64,000 bases of DNA, taken from contig CBDCTZ010000013.1 in assembly GCA_965222375.1 (NCBI GenBank), positions 736,001-800,000 of the forward strand, written 5' to 3'. This document shows, piece by piece, positions 19,476 through 29,225 of this stretch. Made by a program: the position numbers and the translations under genes. Position 1 is the stretch's first letter, and each line of letters opens with the position of its first letter. The DNA is from Polyangiaceae bacterium (GTDB taxonomy: Bacteria; Myxococcota_A; Polyangia; Polyangiales; Polyangiaceae). A model generated the notes under the pieces. The model made no database searches, was not told the origin of the DNA, and saw only the letters and a program-made list of their open reading frames with translations.

Positions 19476-20017
19476 TCGGACCCCGCGTCTTGGGGCGCGC
19501 CGCCGGTTCCGCTTCCGCCACTGGTGCCGGAGCTTCCTCCTGTCGCACCACCGCCCGTGCCGCCGCTGCCACCACTGGTACCGCCGGTTCCGCCAGTGGC
19601 GCCTGCGCTGCCGCCTGTGGCGGCATCCGCCGCCGCGTCGTTGCCCGCGTCCATGCCTCCGGCTCCACCGGTGGTGCCACCGGTTCCACCCGTTCCACCA
19701 GTACTGCCGCCACCCGTGCCACCCGTGGTTGGGACGCCCGCATAGCCACCGCCGCCGCAACTGGCTGAATAGCCATCCGGGCAGACCTTGCCCCCGCTGC
19801 AGATGGCCTGCACGACTTCGCCCTGGTCATTGCAGCACACCACGCCCGGGCAACCATTGATGCCGGCCACATTGCCGAAGCCGCCGAAGTTCAGACTGCC
19901 GCCGCTTCCGTTACCGCCTCCGTTGCCGTCGCCGCTGATTTCACCCGCACCGCAGGCGAGCAACAACCCCGCGAACGCCCAGTAACCCCTCCGCAATCCA
20001 ACTCCAGTTCGACGCAT
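19472..20017 (-). CDS. Gly-rich lipoprotein with a small Cys domain
   Basis: LLAC lipobox; GGT/GGS repeats. Confidence 0.65.
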   Translation of the reverse strand: MRRTGVGLRRGYWAFAGLLLACGAGEISGDGNGGGNGSGGSLNFGGFGNVAGINGCPGVVCCNDQGEVVQAICSGGKVCPDGYSASCGGGGYAGVPTTGGTGGGSTGGTGGTGGTTGGAGGMDAGNDAAADAATGGSAGATGGTGGTSGGSGGTGGGATGGSSGTSGGSGTGGAPQDAGSD

Positions 20018-20157
20018 GGACGCCGAGCTTACCGCGAAACCCATCGTGGCGCGAAGTGTGGGCAACTGTCCTACCTTCTCCGCCTCGGTGTTGTGGTAGC
20101 GGAAGTAGATGCACCGGATGGGGTGGCAGCTTGGCGACTTCTCGATACTATCGAAGG

Positions 20158-23100
20158 ATGAGCAATACTGTCCGCATAGTCGTCGCTCTTGGTGGAGCCC
20201 TTGCCCTAGCCATCCCGGCTTGTGGCGGCGACCCTGAAGTCTCAAACGGAAGCGGTGGCGGCTCCGCCGCAGCGGGAGCCGCGGGCGCATCTGGCAGCGC
20301 AGGCAACACTGGTGGTACGGGCGCAATCATCGACACCGACGGCGGCGCCGGTGACTCCGGTGGCGGCTTCGACGCCGACCTATGCGCCACTCAAAACTGT
20401 CCAAAAGAACAGCACTGCGAAGTCGTGGATGGGTCCGCTGGTTGCGTGCCCAACGACTGCACCTCCCTGGGCTGCAAAGCGACTGAGAAGTGCGTCATGG
20501 TCGACGGTGGCGCCTTCTGCGAGGACATCAGCTGCAAAGACGACGTCGAATGCCCGGAGAGTCAATACTGCGACGGCACCATCTGTGTAGATGACGCCTG
20601 CACGCCGGAAACCCGCCAATGCTCGGGGCAAGACCTCTTGGAATGCGAGCAGAACGGCAGCGGCTTCACCAAGAAGTTCAGCTGCCAGAGCGGCTCACCC
20701 TACTACCAGAGTGTCTGCGCGGACGACGGAAAGGGCGCAGCCGACTGTCCCTGCGAAGACGACTGGGATTGCCCCGCGTTTACGGAATGCGAAGCCGGGG
20801 TGTGTCAGGGCACCGGCGTCGCGCCGACTTGCTCCCTCCCCCCGGAGCCCTTCGCCAACGTCCTACCGACCAACGAAATCACCTGGGGCGGCACTTTCGC
20901 CAATCCGAAAGCGGTGGGAAGCCCCTTCGAAAACTCCACTCAGGTTGTGATGGTGCCCCTGGTGGCGAACTTGGATGACGACAACGGCGACGGGCTAATC
21001 GACGAACGAGACTTCCCTGAGATCATTTTCACCACCTTCTGCAACCATGACTTCACTTCCAATGGCGTGCTGCGCGCTATCCATGGGGGTGGCCCCAAGA
21101 AAGGTGACGATTTCTTCGCGAACTGCGGCGGCACCCTGTGGAGCGAAGGCGACGCACTGCCCGCGAATTGCAGCTGCTCCAGCGCCGACCTGGACTCGAC
21201 GGCGAGCGTGGCCGTGGGTGATCTGGACAACGATGGCACGCCCGAGATCGTCACCATCACCGAGGGCAGCGGGCACAATGGGGCGGTCAGGATCTACTCG
21301 AACTTGGGCGTGCTAGTCGCAACGAGCGCCTCGCGAAACCTCGGCGGCTCCAACCCGGCGCCGACGCTAGCCAACATTGACAATGCGGGCCTGTCGGAGA
21401 TCGTGGTCGGACGTACCGTGTTCACTCTCGAGAAAGACGCGACCACCAAGCAACTCAAGTTCTTGGACGTCTTCGAAGGCACGGGCCAAAACGGCTCCAA
21501 CGGGCAAGGCCCGGTGTCATGTGTCGCAAACTTGATTGGCGACTCGAAACAAGAAATTGCCGCGGGCACCACGACCTATCGCATGCCAATTCCTTCGGCC
21601 GGAATCACCAAGCGCGCTGACTGCGTCGGCGGGGAGACGGGCGAAACCAAGACCTTCTGCGATGGGCAGCTGGTCACGGTTTGGGATGGACAGACCGTCA
21701 ACGGCGCAACGAAGATCCCGAATGCCAACCGACGTGGCTTCTGCGCGGTGGCGGACGTATTGGGGACGGACCAAACCAAGGAGCCGGGACCCACCAACCC
21801 CTTGGATGGCGTGGCAGAGGTCATCAGCATTTCCAACGGCCGGCTCTACGTCTTGAACGGCCAGACCGGCGCGTTGAGGGTGGACATCGCCATCGGGCAG
21901 GGCTCCAACGGAGGAGCACCCAACGTCGACGATTTCGACGGCGACGGGTTTCCGGAGATCGGCAGCGCCTTTTCCGCGGCCTACGTCGTGGTCGATTTGC
22001 AAGCGACGGCCACGGAATGCCCAGCCTGGACTGCCACTGGGGATGACAACTCCAACAAGCCCCGAACCCCACCCAGCGCAAGCTGTCTCAAGGACTCGGA
22101 TTGCGGCGACACGACGAAGTTCGCCTGCAACGAGAGCACCAGCGCATGCGTGTGTTTGCAAAACGGTTGGCGGCGCAAGACCGAAGATGACTCCAGCCGG
22201 GTCACAGGGTCGAGTGTCTTCGACTTCAACGGCGACGGTGCGGCAGAGGTCATCTACAACGACGAGTGCAACTTCCGTGTCTACGACGGCCTCAATGGTA
22301 CGGTGTACTTCGAGCAACCTTCCGAAAGCCGCACCCGCGTCGAGTATCCGGTGGTCGCGGATGTGGACAACGACGGCAACGCTGAAATCGTGTTCGCCAC
22401 CACGACCGAGAGCGGTTTCTGCTCCGAGAAGAAGACTAGTCAATACAACGCGGGCATCGAGGTCTGGGGCGACAAGAGCGATCTTTGGGTTTCCGCACGA
22501 CGCATGTGGAATCAGCACGCCTACCACGTGACCAATGTGACCGAGTCTGGCCAGATCCCCGTCTTCGAACCGGAAAGCTGGATGAGCTACAATGGTCGCC
22601 TCTACAACACGTATCGGAGCAACCCGCGCTCCTTCGGAGTCGCGCCAGATCTGACCGTACAGGCAATTCAGGTATCGAGCCCAGACGCTGTTTGCGGCCA
22701 GCTCTCCAACAAGCTCGACATCACTGTCCAGATCGCCAACATTGGAGACTTGCGAGTCGGGCCCGGTATCGTGGTCAGCTTCCACGGCACTTGGACCACG
22801 CCCGCGCTTTCGGAACCGTTGATGGACGGAACGCCTGCGCCGCTGACCCTCACTATTTCAAACAGCTTGGAGCCAGGGGACGTGATCTTGCTGACCGCGA
22901 GCTATGACGCCGTCAACAACTCACCGGGGGTGCTGCCAGACAAGGTTCGAGTAGTTGTCGACGACGGCGACCTGGCCCGAGAGTGCATCGAAACCAACAA
23001 CGAACTCGAGGCTCAAGTACAAGCCCAGGGCAAGCAGCCCGACCTGCGCGTGGAAATCGGCGTGCCCACCGGGTGCCCGCCAGGCGTGGTACCCAAAGTG

Positions 23101-23391
23101 CCCACCAAGGTCTTCAATGATGGGTCTGCGCCCGCGAGCAACGTACTGGTTCGTTATTACGCCGGTGATCCAAACGCCGGCGGACAGCCCATTCACGACG
23201 AAACCATTGCCGGTTCCATCGCGCCGGCAACCAGCGTCAACGTCAACCCGAGTATGAGCAGCTTCCCGCCAGGCCTATCCGTATTGATCTACGCGGTTGT
23301 CGACCCGGATAACCAGATCGCGGAGTGCAACGACGGCAACAACAAGGACGCTGCCGACGCCAAGATTACTTGCGGCGTCGTGCCGCAGTAG
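20158..23391 (+). CDS. Large lipoprotein with Cys-rich, FG-GAP/VCBS and CARDB domains
   Basis: IPAC lipobox; DLDNDG/DFDGDG/DFNGDG repeats; PDL...EC.E.NN CARDB motifs. Confidence 0.88.
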   Translation: MSNTVRIVVALGGALALAIPACGGDPEVSNGSGGGSAAAGAAGASGSAGNTGGTGAIIDTDGGAGDSGGGFDADLCATQNCPKEQHCEVVDGSAGCVPNDCTSLGCKATEKCVMVDGGAFCEDISCKDDVECPESQYCDGTICVDDACTPETRQCSGQDLLECEQNGSGFTKKFSCQSGSPYYQSVCADDGKGAADCPCEDDWDCPAFTECEAGVCQGTGVAPTCSLPPEPFANVLPTNEITWGGTFANPKAVGSPFENSTQVVMVPLVANLDDDNGDGLIDERDFPEIIFTTFCNHDFTSNGVLRAIHGGGPKKGDDFFANCGGTLWSEGDALPANCSCSSADLDSTASVAVGDLDNDGTPEIVTITEGSGHNGAVRIYSNLGVLVATSASRNLGGSNPAPTLANIDNAGLSEIVVGRTVFTLEKDATTKQLKFLDVFEGTGQNGSNGQGPVSCVANLIGDSKQEIAAGTTTYRMPIPSAGITKRADCVGGETGETKTFCDGQLVTVWDGQTVNGATKIPNANRRGFCAVADVLGTDQTKEPGPTNPLDGVAEVISISNGRLYVLNGQTGALRVDIAIGQGSNGGAPNVDDFDGDGFPEIGSAFSAAYVVVDLQATATECPAWTATGDDNSNKPRTPPSASCLKDSDCGDTTKFACNESTSACVCLQNGWRRKTEDDSSRVTGSSVFDFNGDGAAEVIYNDECNFRVYDGLNGTVYFEQPSESRTRVEYPVVADVDNDGNAEIVFATTTESGFCSEKKTSQYNAGIEVWGDKSDLWVSARRMWNQHAYHVTNVTESGQIPVFEPESWMSYNGRLYNTYRSNPRSFGVAPDLTVQAIQVSSPDAVCGQLSNKLDITVQIANIGDLRVGPGIVVSFHGTWTTPALSEPLMDGTPAPLTLTISNSLEPGDVILLTASYDAVNNSPGVLPDKVRVVVDDGDLARECIETNNELEAQVQAQGKQPDLRVEIGVPTGCPPGVVPKVPTKVFNDGSAPASNVLVRYYAGDPNAGGQPIHDETIAGSIAPATSVNVNPSMSSFPPGLSVLIYAVVDPDNQIAECNDGNNKDAADAKITCGVVPQ

Positions 23392-23414
23392 TCCCGCAAG
23401 AAAAGTGCCCGGCG

Positions 23415-23759
23415 TCAGCGCGGGCGGTCGCGCCGCTCGGGCTGCGCGGAGGAGCCAACCACCCATTCCAACTCGGGCACGGCCTCGTCGAACTCAATCG
23501 CCATGCGATGAGGCCAGAGGCCATGGGGGTCCTCCTTGTTGTCTTCCACGCGCACGACACGCCCCGTCACCCGCTTCGGGACGTCTTGACCCGGCAACTT
23601 AATGGCAACCTCGATAGGAGCACCTTCATCCAACGTGCTGGCGGTCAGCATCAAGGCGCCAGTGCTACTCGCATCATGCGTGATGGCAATACCTTCGCGC
23701 AGCGCGTCTACCTTCACGGGCAACCACACTTCGAAACGGTCGTTCGTTCTGCGAGTCAT
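23415..23759 (-). CDS. PilZ domain protein
   Basis: RTNDR (RxxxR) and DASSTG motifs. Confidence 0.8.
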   Translation of the reverse strand: MTRRTNDRFEVWLPVKVDALREGIAITHDASSTGALMLTASTLDEGAPIEVAIKLPGQDVPKRVTGRVVRVEDNKEDPHGLWPHRMAIEFDEAVPELEWVVGSSAQPERRDRPR

Positions 23760-23980
23760 GGCGTCAGAGGATAGTCCGGAGCTGCGAGAAATGAGTGTAA
23801 GCGAAGCACATACATCGGCGTTTTCATGACAATTGCATGCGGATAGCGAACAGGCGAGTGTGACGCATGGGTCTCGTTAACTGTGAAATCTTTGCACAGC
23901 AGCAGGGCAACTAGGAATGCATAGGTGTTGGAAATCGTTGGAATGAGCGGCTGGTACGCAAAGTGAATGAAAGGATCCAC

Positions 23981-24364
23981 ATGACTGACGGCGATTCGGA
24001 GTCCAGTGACAATGGCTCGGTCGATCGGCGCAGTCATCGGCGCGCACCCTTGGAGCAGCCGGTGATGGTGGAAGCCGCCGCCCTCTCCCAGCCCGCACCC
24101 GCCCACGACGTTTCTCGCGGGGGGCTGTCCATCCGAGCGGAACTCGCCCTCGAGGTCGGCAGCGAAGTGGAAGTCTATTTCGAATTGCCCATTGGATACG
24201 CCGTCGAGACCAAAGCGGAAGTCGTGCGCCGACAAGACGGCGTGACTGCTCTCAGGTTCTTGGCGTTGAAACGGGAAGACGAGGTTGCCCTACGCTCCTT
24301 TTGTCGCATCAGCGGTCTGCACCGACTAGAGACGGAAGAAGCAACGCCGACTCCTACCGGCTGA
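23981..24364 (+). CDS. PilZ domain protein
   Basis: RSHRR and DVSRGG motifs. Confidence 0.88.
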   Translation: MTDGDSESSDNGSVDRRSHRRAPLEQPVMVEAAALSQPAPAHDVSRGGLSIRAELALEVGSEVEVYFELPIGYAVETKAEVVRRQDGVTALRFLALKREDEVALRSFCRISGLHRLETEEATPTPTG

Positions 24365-24376
24365 GCGAGCCGGCCT

Positions 24377-25555
24377 TCACTTCGTTGCGGCTACGTAGGC
24401 GCTCAACTCGGCGGCAGATAGCGCGCGCTTGTACATCGCCAACTCATCGATCGCGCCAACCCAAAACGACGTCCCCGCCGTCGAGGCGTCCCCAGGTACG
24501 CCGCGGCAACCGATGCCGACGCCGGTACTGCGATTGACCAGCGCGCCACTCAGCGTCCGAGTGTAGCCCCCCACTCCGTCCAGGTAGTGACGGACGGTCG
24601 TTCCATCCCAGGTCACGGCCGCATGAACCCACTGCGCAACGGGCATCTTCCCAGTGCCTTCCCAACCCCACGGTGTCGTGGAGGTGTTGATCGCCTCCTG
24701 GAACTGGCTCGTGCCCGCGCAGGTCACGCCGACTTCGTAGGCGTATTCCTTGTTGAAAATGATTCCCCGATCTCCAGAGCAGCCGCCGTCGAAACGGACC
24801 CAGGCCATGATGGTCAAGGTCGTGGCTGCGGCGGCGTCGAGGCTGTTCGAATCGGGTATTGCGACGCAATTGCCGTTGCTGATCTCGACGGCCTGGCCCA
24901 CCTTTCCAGCCGCGAAGGTCGATCCGTAGACCGTGCCGTCGTTGTTTTGAGTCGAAGTGTCTTTGGCGCCACCCTCCAATCGCCAGTACCCAACCAAGTC
25001 GGCGTCGATGGGCGGTGCCGGCCAGCACACGTTTTCTATGCAGCTGAGCGAGCTGCTGCAATCCGACTTGAGCGCGCAAGCCTTCATCGCGCCGCAAGGC
25101 GCGCAGCTACCGCCACAATCCACGTCCGTTTCGTCACCGGTCTTGGCGCCATCGGCGCAGCCACACTTGCCACTATCGCAGATGCCGGCCACGCAGGCGT
25201 TGCCGCAGGTGCCGCAATGGGTCGTGCTTTGGGACAAGTCAGCACAAGCACCGTCACAGTTCGTGGTCCCCGGAGGGCAGGTCGACGAACAGACACCGTT
25301 GCCGCAAACCTCCGAAGGCGCACACGGCACGCCGCAACCACCGCAGTGTTTTGGGTCGTTGGAGAGATCCACGCACTCCCCGAAACAGGGTGACGTGCCA
25401 GCCCAACAGCTGCCGCTGTCGGCGGCCGCGGCGTCGATGGCCGAAGCGTCGGGTTTCGACGCGTCCGGCTTGGGTGACCCGGGCGGCCCGGCGTCGTCGT
25501 CGCTACTGCAGGCGACCACCACGACGGTCAGTAGCGACAAGCTTGTCCATCGCAT
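24377..25555 (-). CDS. Lipoprotein with myxobacterial Cys-rich repeats and LamG-like jellyroll
   Basis: VVAC lipobox; HCGGCG repeats; LVGYW...WVHAAVTWDG...GAIDEL. Confidence 0.85.
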   Translation of the reverse strand: MRWTSLSLLTVVVVACSSDDDAGPPGSPKPDASKPDASAIDAAAADSGSCWAGTSPCFGECVDLSNDPKHCGGCGVPCAPSEVCGNGVCSSTCPPGTTNCDGACADLSQSTTHCGTCGNACVAGICDSGKCGCADGAKTGDETDVDCGGSCAPCGAMKACALKSDCSSSLSCIENVCWPAPPIDADLVGYWRLEGGAKDTSTQNNDGTVYGSTFAAGKVGQAVEISNGNCVAIPDSNSLDAAAATTLTIMAWVRFDGGCSGDRGIIFNKEYAYEVGVTCAGTSQFQEAINTSTTPWGWEGTGKMPVAQWVHAAVTWDGTTVRHYLDGVGGYTRTLSGALVNRSTGVGIGCRGVPGDASTAGTSFWVGAIDELAMYKRALSAAELSAYVAATK

Positions 25556-25599
25556 GTTGTGGCTAAGCGTAGCACAGCGGTGTCGGCTAGAGTGCCCGG

Positions 25600-26166
25600 G
25601 TGCTCAGCGTCGAAGACCTGTTCGCCATCGAAGGCGCCCTCGTGCATGTCGTGGAGCGCAGCCGCTCGGGGCAACTCAGCCAACCCATGGCGCGTCTCGC
25701 TAGCATGGCGCCGTGGTTGAACTTCATGGCCGCGCGCTGCAAAGACTGCCCGTGTCCGCGAACGAGCGTTCAGGGCGACAGCTCGCACGGTGAAATCACC
25801 TTCATTGGCCCCATTGAAGGGCGCTTGTTGGAGCCTTTCGTCATCCTCTTGCGTGATCTGGCACGGGGTCATGCAGATCTCGACACGCCCGCCACAGCAT
25901 CGCTCCTGAAAAACCTTCGAACCAACCGCGGGCTTTCAGTCGCTGTCAGCGGCTCCTGCCCACGCTGCCCACGCACTCTGGGCACGGCGCTCTCCGTCGC
26001 ACTCTGCTCGGCGTACATCGACGTTGTCGTGGCTCGCGCCGATCTGGGGCTGGGCCCGAAAGCCACCAGCGTTCCCACGATCTACATTGATGGCAGAGCT
26101 GTCCCTCGCTCCAGGCACTCGGAGTACGCCTTGGCAGAAAGCCTACTGACGCCTCCAGAGCGCTGA
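25600..26166 (+). CDS. Thioredoxin-fold protein (AhpF N-terminal-like), degenerate
   Basis: SCPRCP and SVPT motifs; start codon uncertain. Confidence 0.5.
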   Translation: MLSVEDLFAIEGALVHVVERSRSGQLSQPMARLASMAPWLNFMAARCKDCPCPRTSVQGDSSHGEITFIGPIEGRLLEPFVILLRDLARGHADLDTPATASLLKNLRTNRGLSVAVSGSCPRCPRTLGTALSVALCSAYIDVVVARADLGLGPKATSVPTIYIDGRAVPRSRHSEYALAESLLTPPER

Positions 26167-26277
26167 ATCTTCCATGCCCGCCCATGAGGCGCTGCACCTC
26201 GCGCGACGCCAGACCCCAGCCCTGCTCACCCTTGACCACGACCAGGGTTCGGCACAAAGTCCCCCGCTGCCAACCCA

Positions 26278-26350
26278 GCCTCCGTAGCTCAGTGGATAGA
26301 GCAGTGGTTTCCTAAACCATTGGTCGCAAGTTCGACTCTTGCCGGAGGCG
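26278..26350 (+). tRNA. tRNA-Arg(CCT)
   Basis: GCCTCCG/CGGAGGC acceptor stem, anticodon loop TTCCTAA, GTTCGACTC T-loop; no encoded CCA; TTGACC-N17-CAAAGT promoter candidate at 26232-26260. Confidence 0.96.
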
Positions 26351-26476
26351 CTGAGATCCCACGGGATGTCGCTGGGTTGCGGCGTTGGAGGCCCAGCCGC
26401 TCCCGCTTGGGTCCGCTCTCCTCGTGAGTAGCTCTTGACTGCTGCCGGATCGTTGGCAATTGCAGTATAATGCCGG

Positions 26477-27493
26477 ATGCTTCGCTTTCTCCCGGTGTTG
26501 TCGATTGGGCTGTGGGTCTGCTCTTGCTCTGGCGACGACTTCACCGCTGCTAACGAAGCCGGGTCGGGCGCCAGTTCCGGCTCGGGCGGCCAGGACGCAG
26601 GCACGGGTGGCCAATCGGGTTCGGCCGGACAGCCTGCGGGCGGCGCCGCCGGCTCCAGTGGGCAAGCCGGTAGCGGCGCGGGCGGTGCAAGCGGGAGCGG
26701 CGGCAGCAGCGGAACAGGCGGGGTGGATGACGCGGGTAGTGATGCAGCTACGAGCGTCTGCGCCAATCCGCCCTGCAAGCTGGGAGAGCCTTGTGTCAAG
26801 TCCGCAGATTGCAAACAGGCCGCATGTGTGGCCAAGGTTTGCTCGGCAGTGCGCAACTGCAACTCGCTGCCCGAGGACGCCAAGTCCGGGCGCTACTTCG
26901 TGGACATCGATGGCCCCGGGCCGAGGAAAGTCATGTTGGCCCAATGTGATGAGTCGCAAGGCGGCGGCTGGATGCTGGTGCTGAACTACGTGCACAAAGC
27001 GGCCACAAATCCACAGTTGAACAACATGTTTAGCAGGCTGCCCTTGAAAAAGAGCTCCACCCTCGGCGTAGACGAGTCCTCGGACCCGGAGAGCTGGGGA
27101 CACGTCGTTCCATCACTGATGAAGGATATTCAGTTCAGTGAGACGCGCTGGTTCGCAAGAACTTCCGCGCACAGTCGGGTCATTCACTTCAAGAACAACG
27201 CCAAAGTCGTGAACGACTACATCAAAGACGGTTCGCTCGCAAAGGGTGCTGGTTGCGATCCAAAAGCCTCTACCAACAGCTCGACAAACTTGAGCACGAG
27301 CGGCGGGTCGGCCAAGCTCCCGCAGAACGCGACTGATGGCTTCTGCGCTCGAGGTGACAAGGCCATGACGGAGTACCCCTTCTTCAAAGACAGTACGTAC
27401 CATTGGGGAGTGCGAGGTACTGGAACTCGTTGGGAGGTTGACGACTACCTGCCCACCAGCCCGGACACGCTGCACCGAGTTTGGGTACGCTGA
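26477..27493 (+). CDS. Lipoprotein with Gly linker and fibrinogen C-terminal-like domain
   Basis: SC lipobox; SGRYFVDIDG...CDESQGGGWMLV motif. Confidence 0.75.
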   Translation: MLRFLPVLSIGLWVCSCSGDDFTAANEAGSGASSGSGGQDAGTGGQSGSAGQPAGGAAGSSGQAGSGAGGASGSGGSSGTGGVDDAGSDAATSVCANPPCKLGEPCVKSADCKQAACVAKVCSAVRNCNSLPEDAKSGRYFVDIDGPGPRKVMLAQCDESQGGGWMLVLNYVHKAATNPQLNNMFSRLPLKKSSTLGVDESSDPESWGHVVPSLMKDIQFSETRWFARTSAHSRVIHFKNNAKVVNDYIKDGSLAKGAGCDPKASTNSSTNLSTSGGSAKLPQNATDGFCARGDKAMTEYPFFKDSTYHWGVRGTGTRWEVDDYLPTSPDTLHRVWVR

Positions 27494-27766
27494 ACGACCT
27501 GGCGACGATTCGCACCGAGGCCGCCCGTGGCCCCAGGAGATGTGATGGGGTGGCTCGTGACCTGGTAGGTAGCCGCCGAGGCGTCTTTCGGATGCGGAGG
27601 GCTGCCATGGTGGCCGTTCTGCATACGGTGTTCGCTTGGGCGCCGGACGCGCGAGCGATGGCTTTGCGCGAGGCGACAGTGGCTGTCTCCTCATTAACGA
27701 GGTCACCGGAAACCGGGCCTCAATCAACAGACGCGCTCAAAGGCGCAGTGATTAGAGGAGACAGCC

Positions 27767-28795
27767 ATGGAGCATATTGGAGTCGATCTGGGTGGAAAAC
27801 AATCGCAGGTGTGTGTGCGGGCCGCGGACGAAGGAATTCTGCTGGAGAAGAGGATCGCGACCAGCAGTTTGATGTGCTTCTTTCAGCACCAGCCCAAGAG
27901 CCGAATTGTACTGGAAACGTGTTCGGAAGCATTCCGAGTCGCCGACTGGGCTCTGGAATGTGGACACGAGGTGCGTGTGGTCCCAGCAACGTTGGTGCGC
28001 AGTTTGGGGGTCGGGGCTCGAGGCATCAAGACCGACCGGCGCGATGCGCAGGTCCTCAGCGAAGTCTCGTGCCGTATCGACTTGCCATCGGTGCACATCC
28101 CGGCGGAGCAGGCTCGCGACAGACGCACGATGTGCGCAATGCGCGAGCAACTGCTTGGTGCACGCACGGCATTGGCAAATGCAGTGCAAGGCTGGAGGCG
28201 TACGCAACTGTTGAAAATGTGCTCCGGCGAGCCCACGACCTTGCCCACACGCCTCCGCGCTGCAGCCCTCGCTCATCCCGATGGATTGCCGCAGCACGTC
28301 GAGCGTCTTTTGCAGGCCATCGAAGCTCTCAACGTGCAGATCAAGGAAGCCAACGAGGAGCTCAGGGCCCTGGCGAAGAAGGACCCAGTCTGTCAGCGTC
28401 TCATGACGGTGCCCGGTATCGGTCCGGCAACCAGCATGCGCTTTGTGGCAGCACTCGACGACAGGACACGTTTTCCGAGCGCTCACTCTGTCGAAGCCTT
28501 TCTTGGGCTGACTCCGGGCGAGAAATCCAGCGGCGATCGTCAGCAACGGCTCGGGATCACCAAGGCCGGACCGGCGATGGTGCGCACCAACTTGGTGCAG
28601 GCGGCGTGGACCTTTCGGCGTACACGGCCCAACGACCCAATGTCCAAGTGGGCAGAGCAAATCGAGCAACGCCGTGGCAAATTCATCGCTACCGTGGCGT
28701 TGGCCCGCAAACTAGCTGGCGTGCTCTTCGCGTTGTGGCGCGACGGCTCTGTATACGAGCTCAACCATCGAAAGGCAGCGCAAACCGTGGCGTAG
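27767..28795 (+). CDS. IS110-family DEDD recombinase/transposase
   Basis: IGVDLG, VLET, KTDRRDA, VPGIG, GLTP...SSG...ITKAG, VALARKL; GAGGAG RBS. Confidence 0.96.
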   Translation: MEHIGVDLGGKQSQVCVRAADEGILLEKRIATSSLMCFFQHQPKSRIVLETCSEAFRVADWALECGHEVRVVPATLVRSLGVGARGIKTDRRDAQVLSEVSCRIDLPSVHIPAEQARDRRTMCAMREQLLGARTALANAVQGWRRTQLLKMCSGEPTTLPTRLRAAALAHPDGLPQHVERLLQAIEALNVQIKEANEELRALAKKDPVCQRLMTVPGIGPATSMRFVAALDDRTRFPSAHSVEAFLGLTPGEKSSGDRQQRLGITKAGPAMVRTNLVQAAWTFRRTRPNDPMSKWAEQIEQRRGKFIATVALARKLAGVLFALWRDGSVYELNHRKAAQTVA

Positions 28796-29140
28796 AAAAC
28801 CTCCAGACTCCGGCAGCCCACAAGGTTGACCTGAGAAAGCCAATCAACGGCTGTCCAGAGGCGGTGAGCGCGTTACTCTCGCTCCAGGCGTCCAGCGAAA
28901 GCTGGCCACGACCTTGTCACGGCGATTGCGCCCCGCCAACGGACCTCCACCTATGCGCCATTGCGAGCGCGAATAGTCGATTCAGACAGCCCGTTCTTGG
29001 TTTCCTCGTCTTCCGACAAGCCACGACCGCGAATAGTCGATTCAGACAGCCTGAGCTGGACTTTCTCCCCAACCAACGCGCTGCCGACGAAGAACTCCCC
29101 TCTACCTCAGGGCGACGGACCACTTTGTTCTGGACGGACA
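28796..29140 (+). ncRNA. Putative bridge/seek RNA region of the IS110 element
   Basis: Contains ATAGTCGA (identical to the element right end) twice and TACTCTC (reverse complement of target GAGAGTA). Confidence 0.6.
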
Positions 29141-29225
29141 GGCCACCCCATAGTCGAGAGTAGTGGCCTTGGGCCGAGCAGTGAACCGACCCCAAATTCA
29201 AGAGTCCATGGGTGGCTAGCTGCGA

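Larger units (their letters stand above)
27537..29159 (+). mobile_element. IS110-family (IS1111-like) insertion sequence
   Basis: Sub-terminal IRs ATGGGGTGGC (27545-27554) and GCCACCCCAT (29142-29151); GAGA on both flanks (27537-27540, 29156-29159). Confidence 0.8.

Noticed and set aside
28968..29051. CRISPR array (24-bp repeat, 36-bp spacer)
   Set aside because: Only two repeats, no cas genes, and the repeat matches the IS end.
27481..29163. 560-aa ORF spanning the IS
   Set aside because: Alternative-frame shadow of the transposase in GC-rich DNA.
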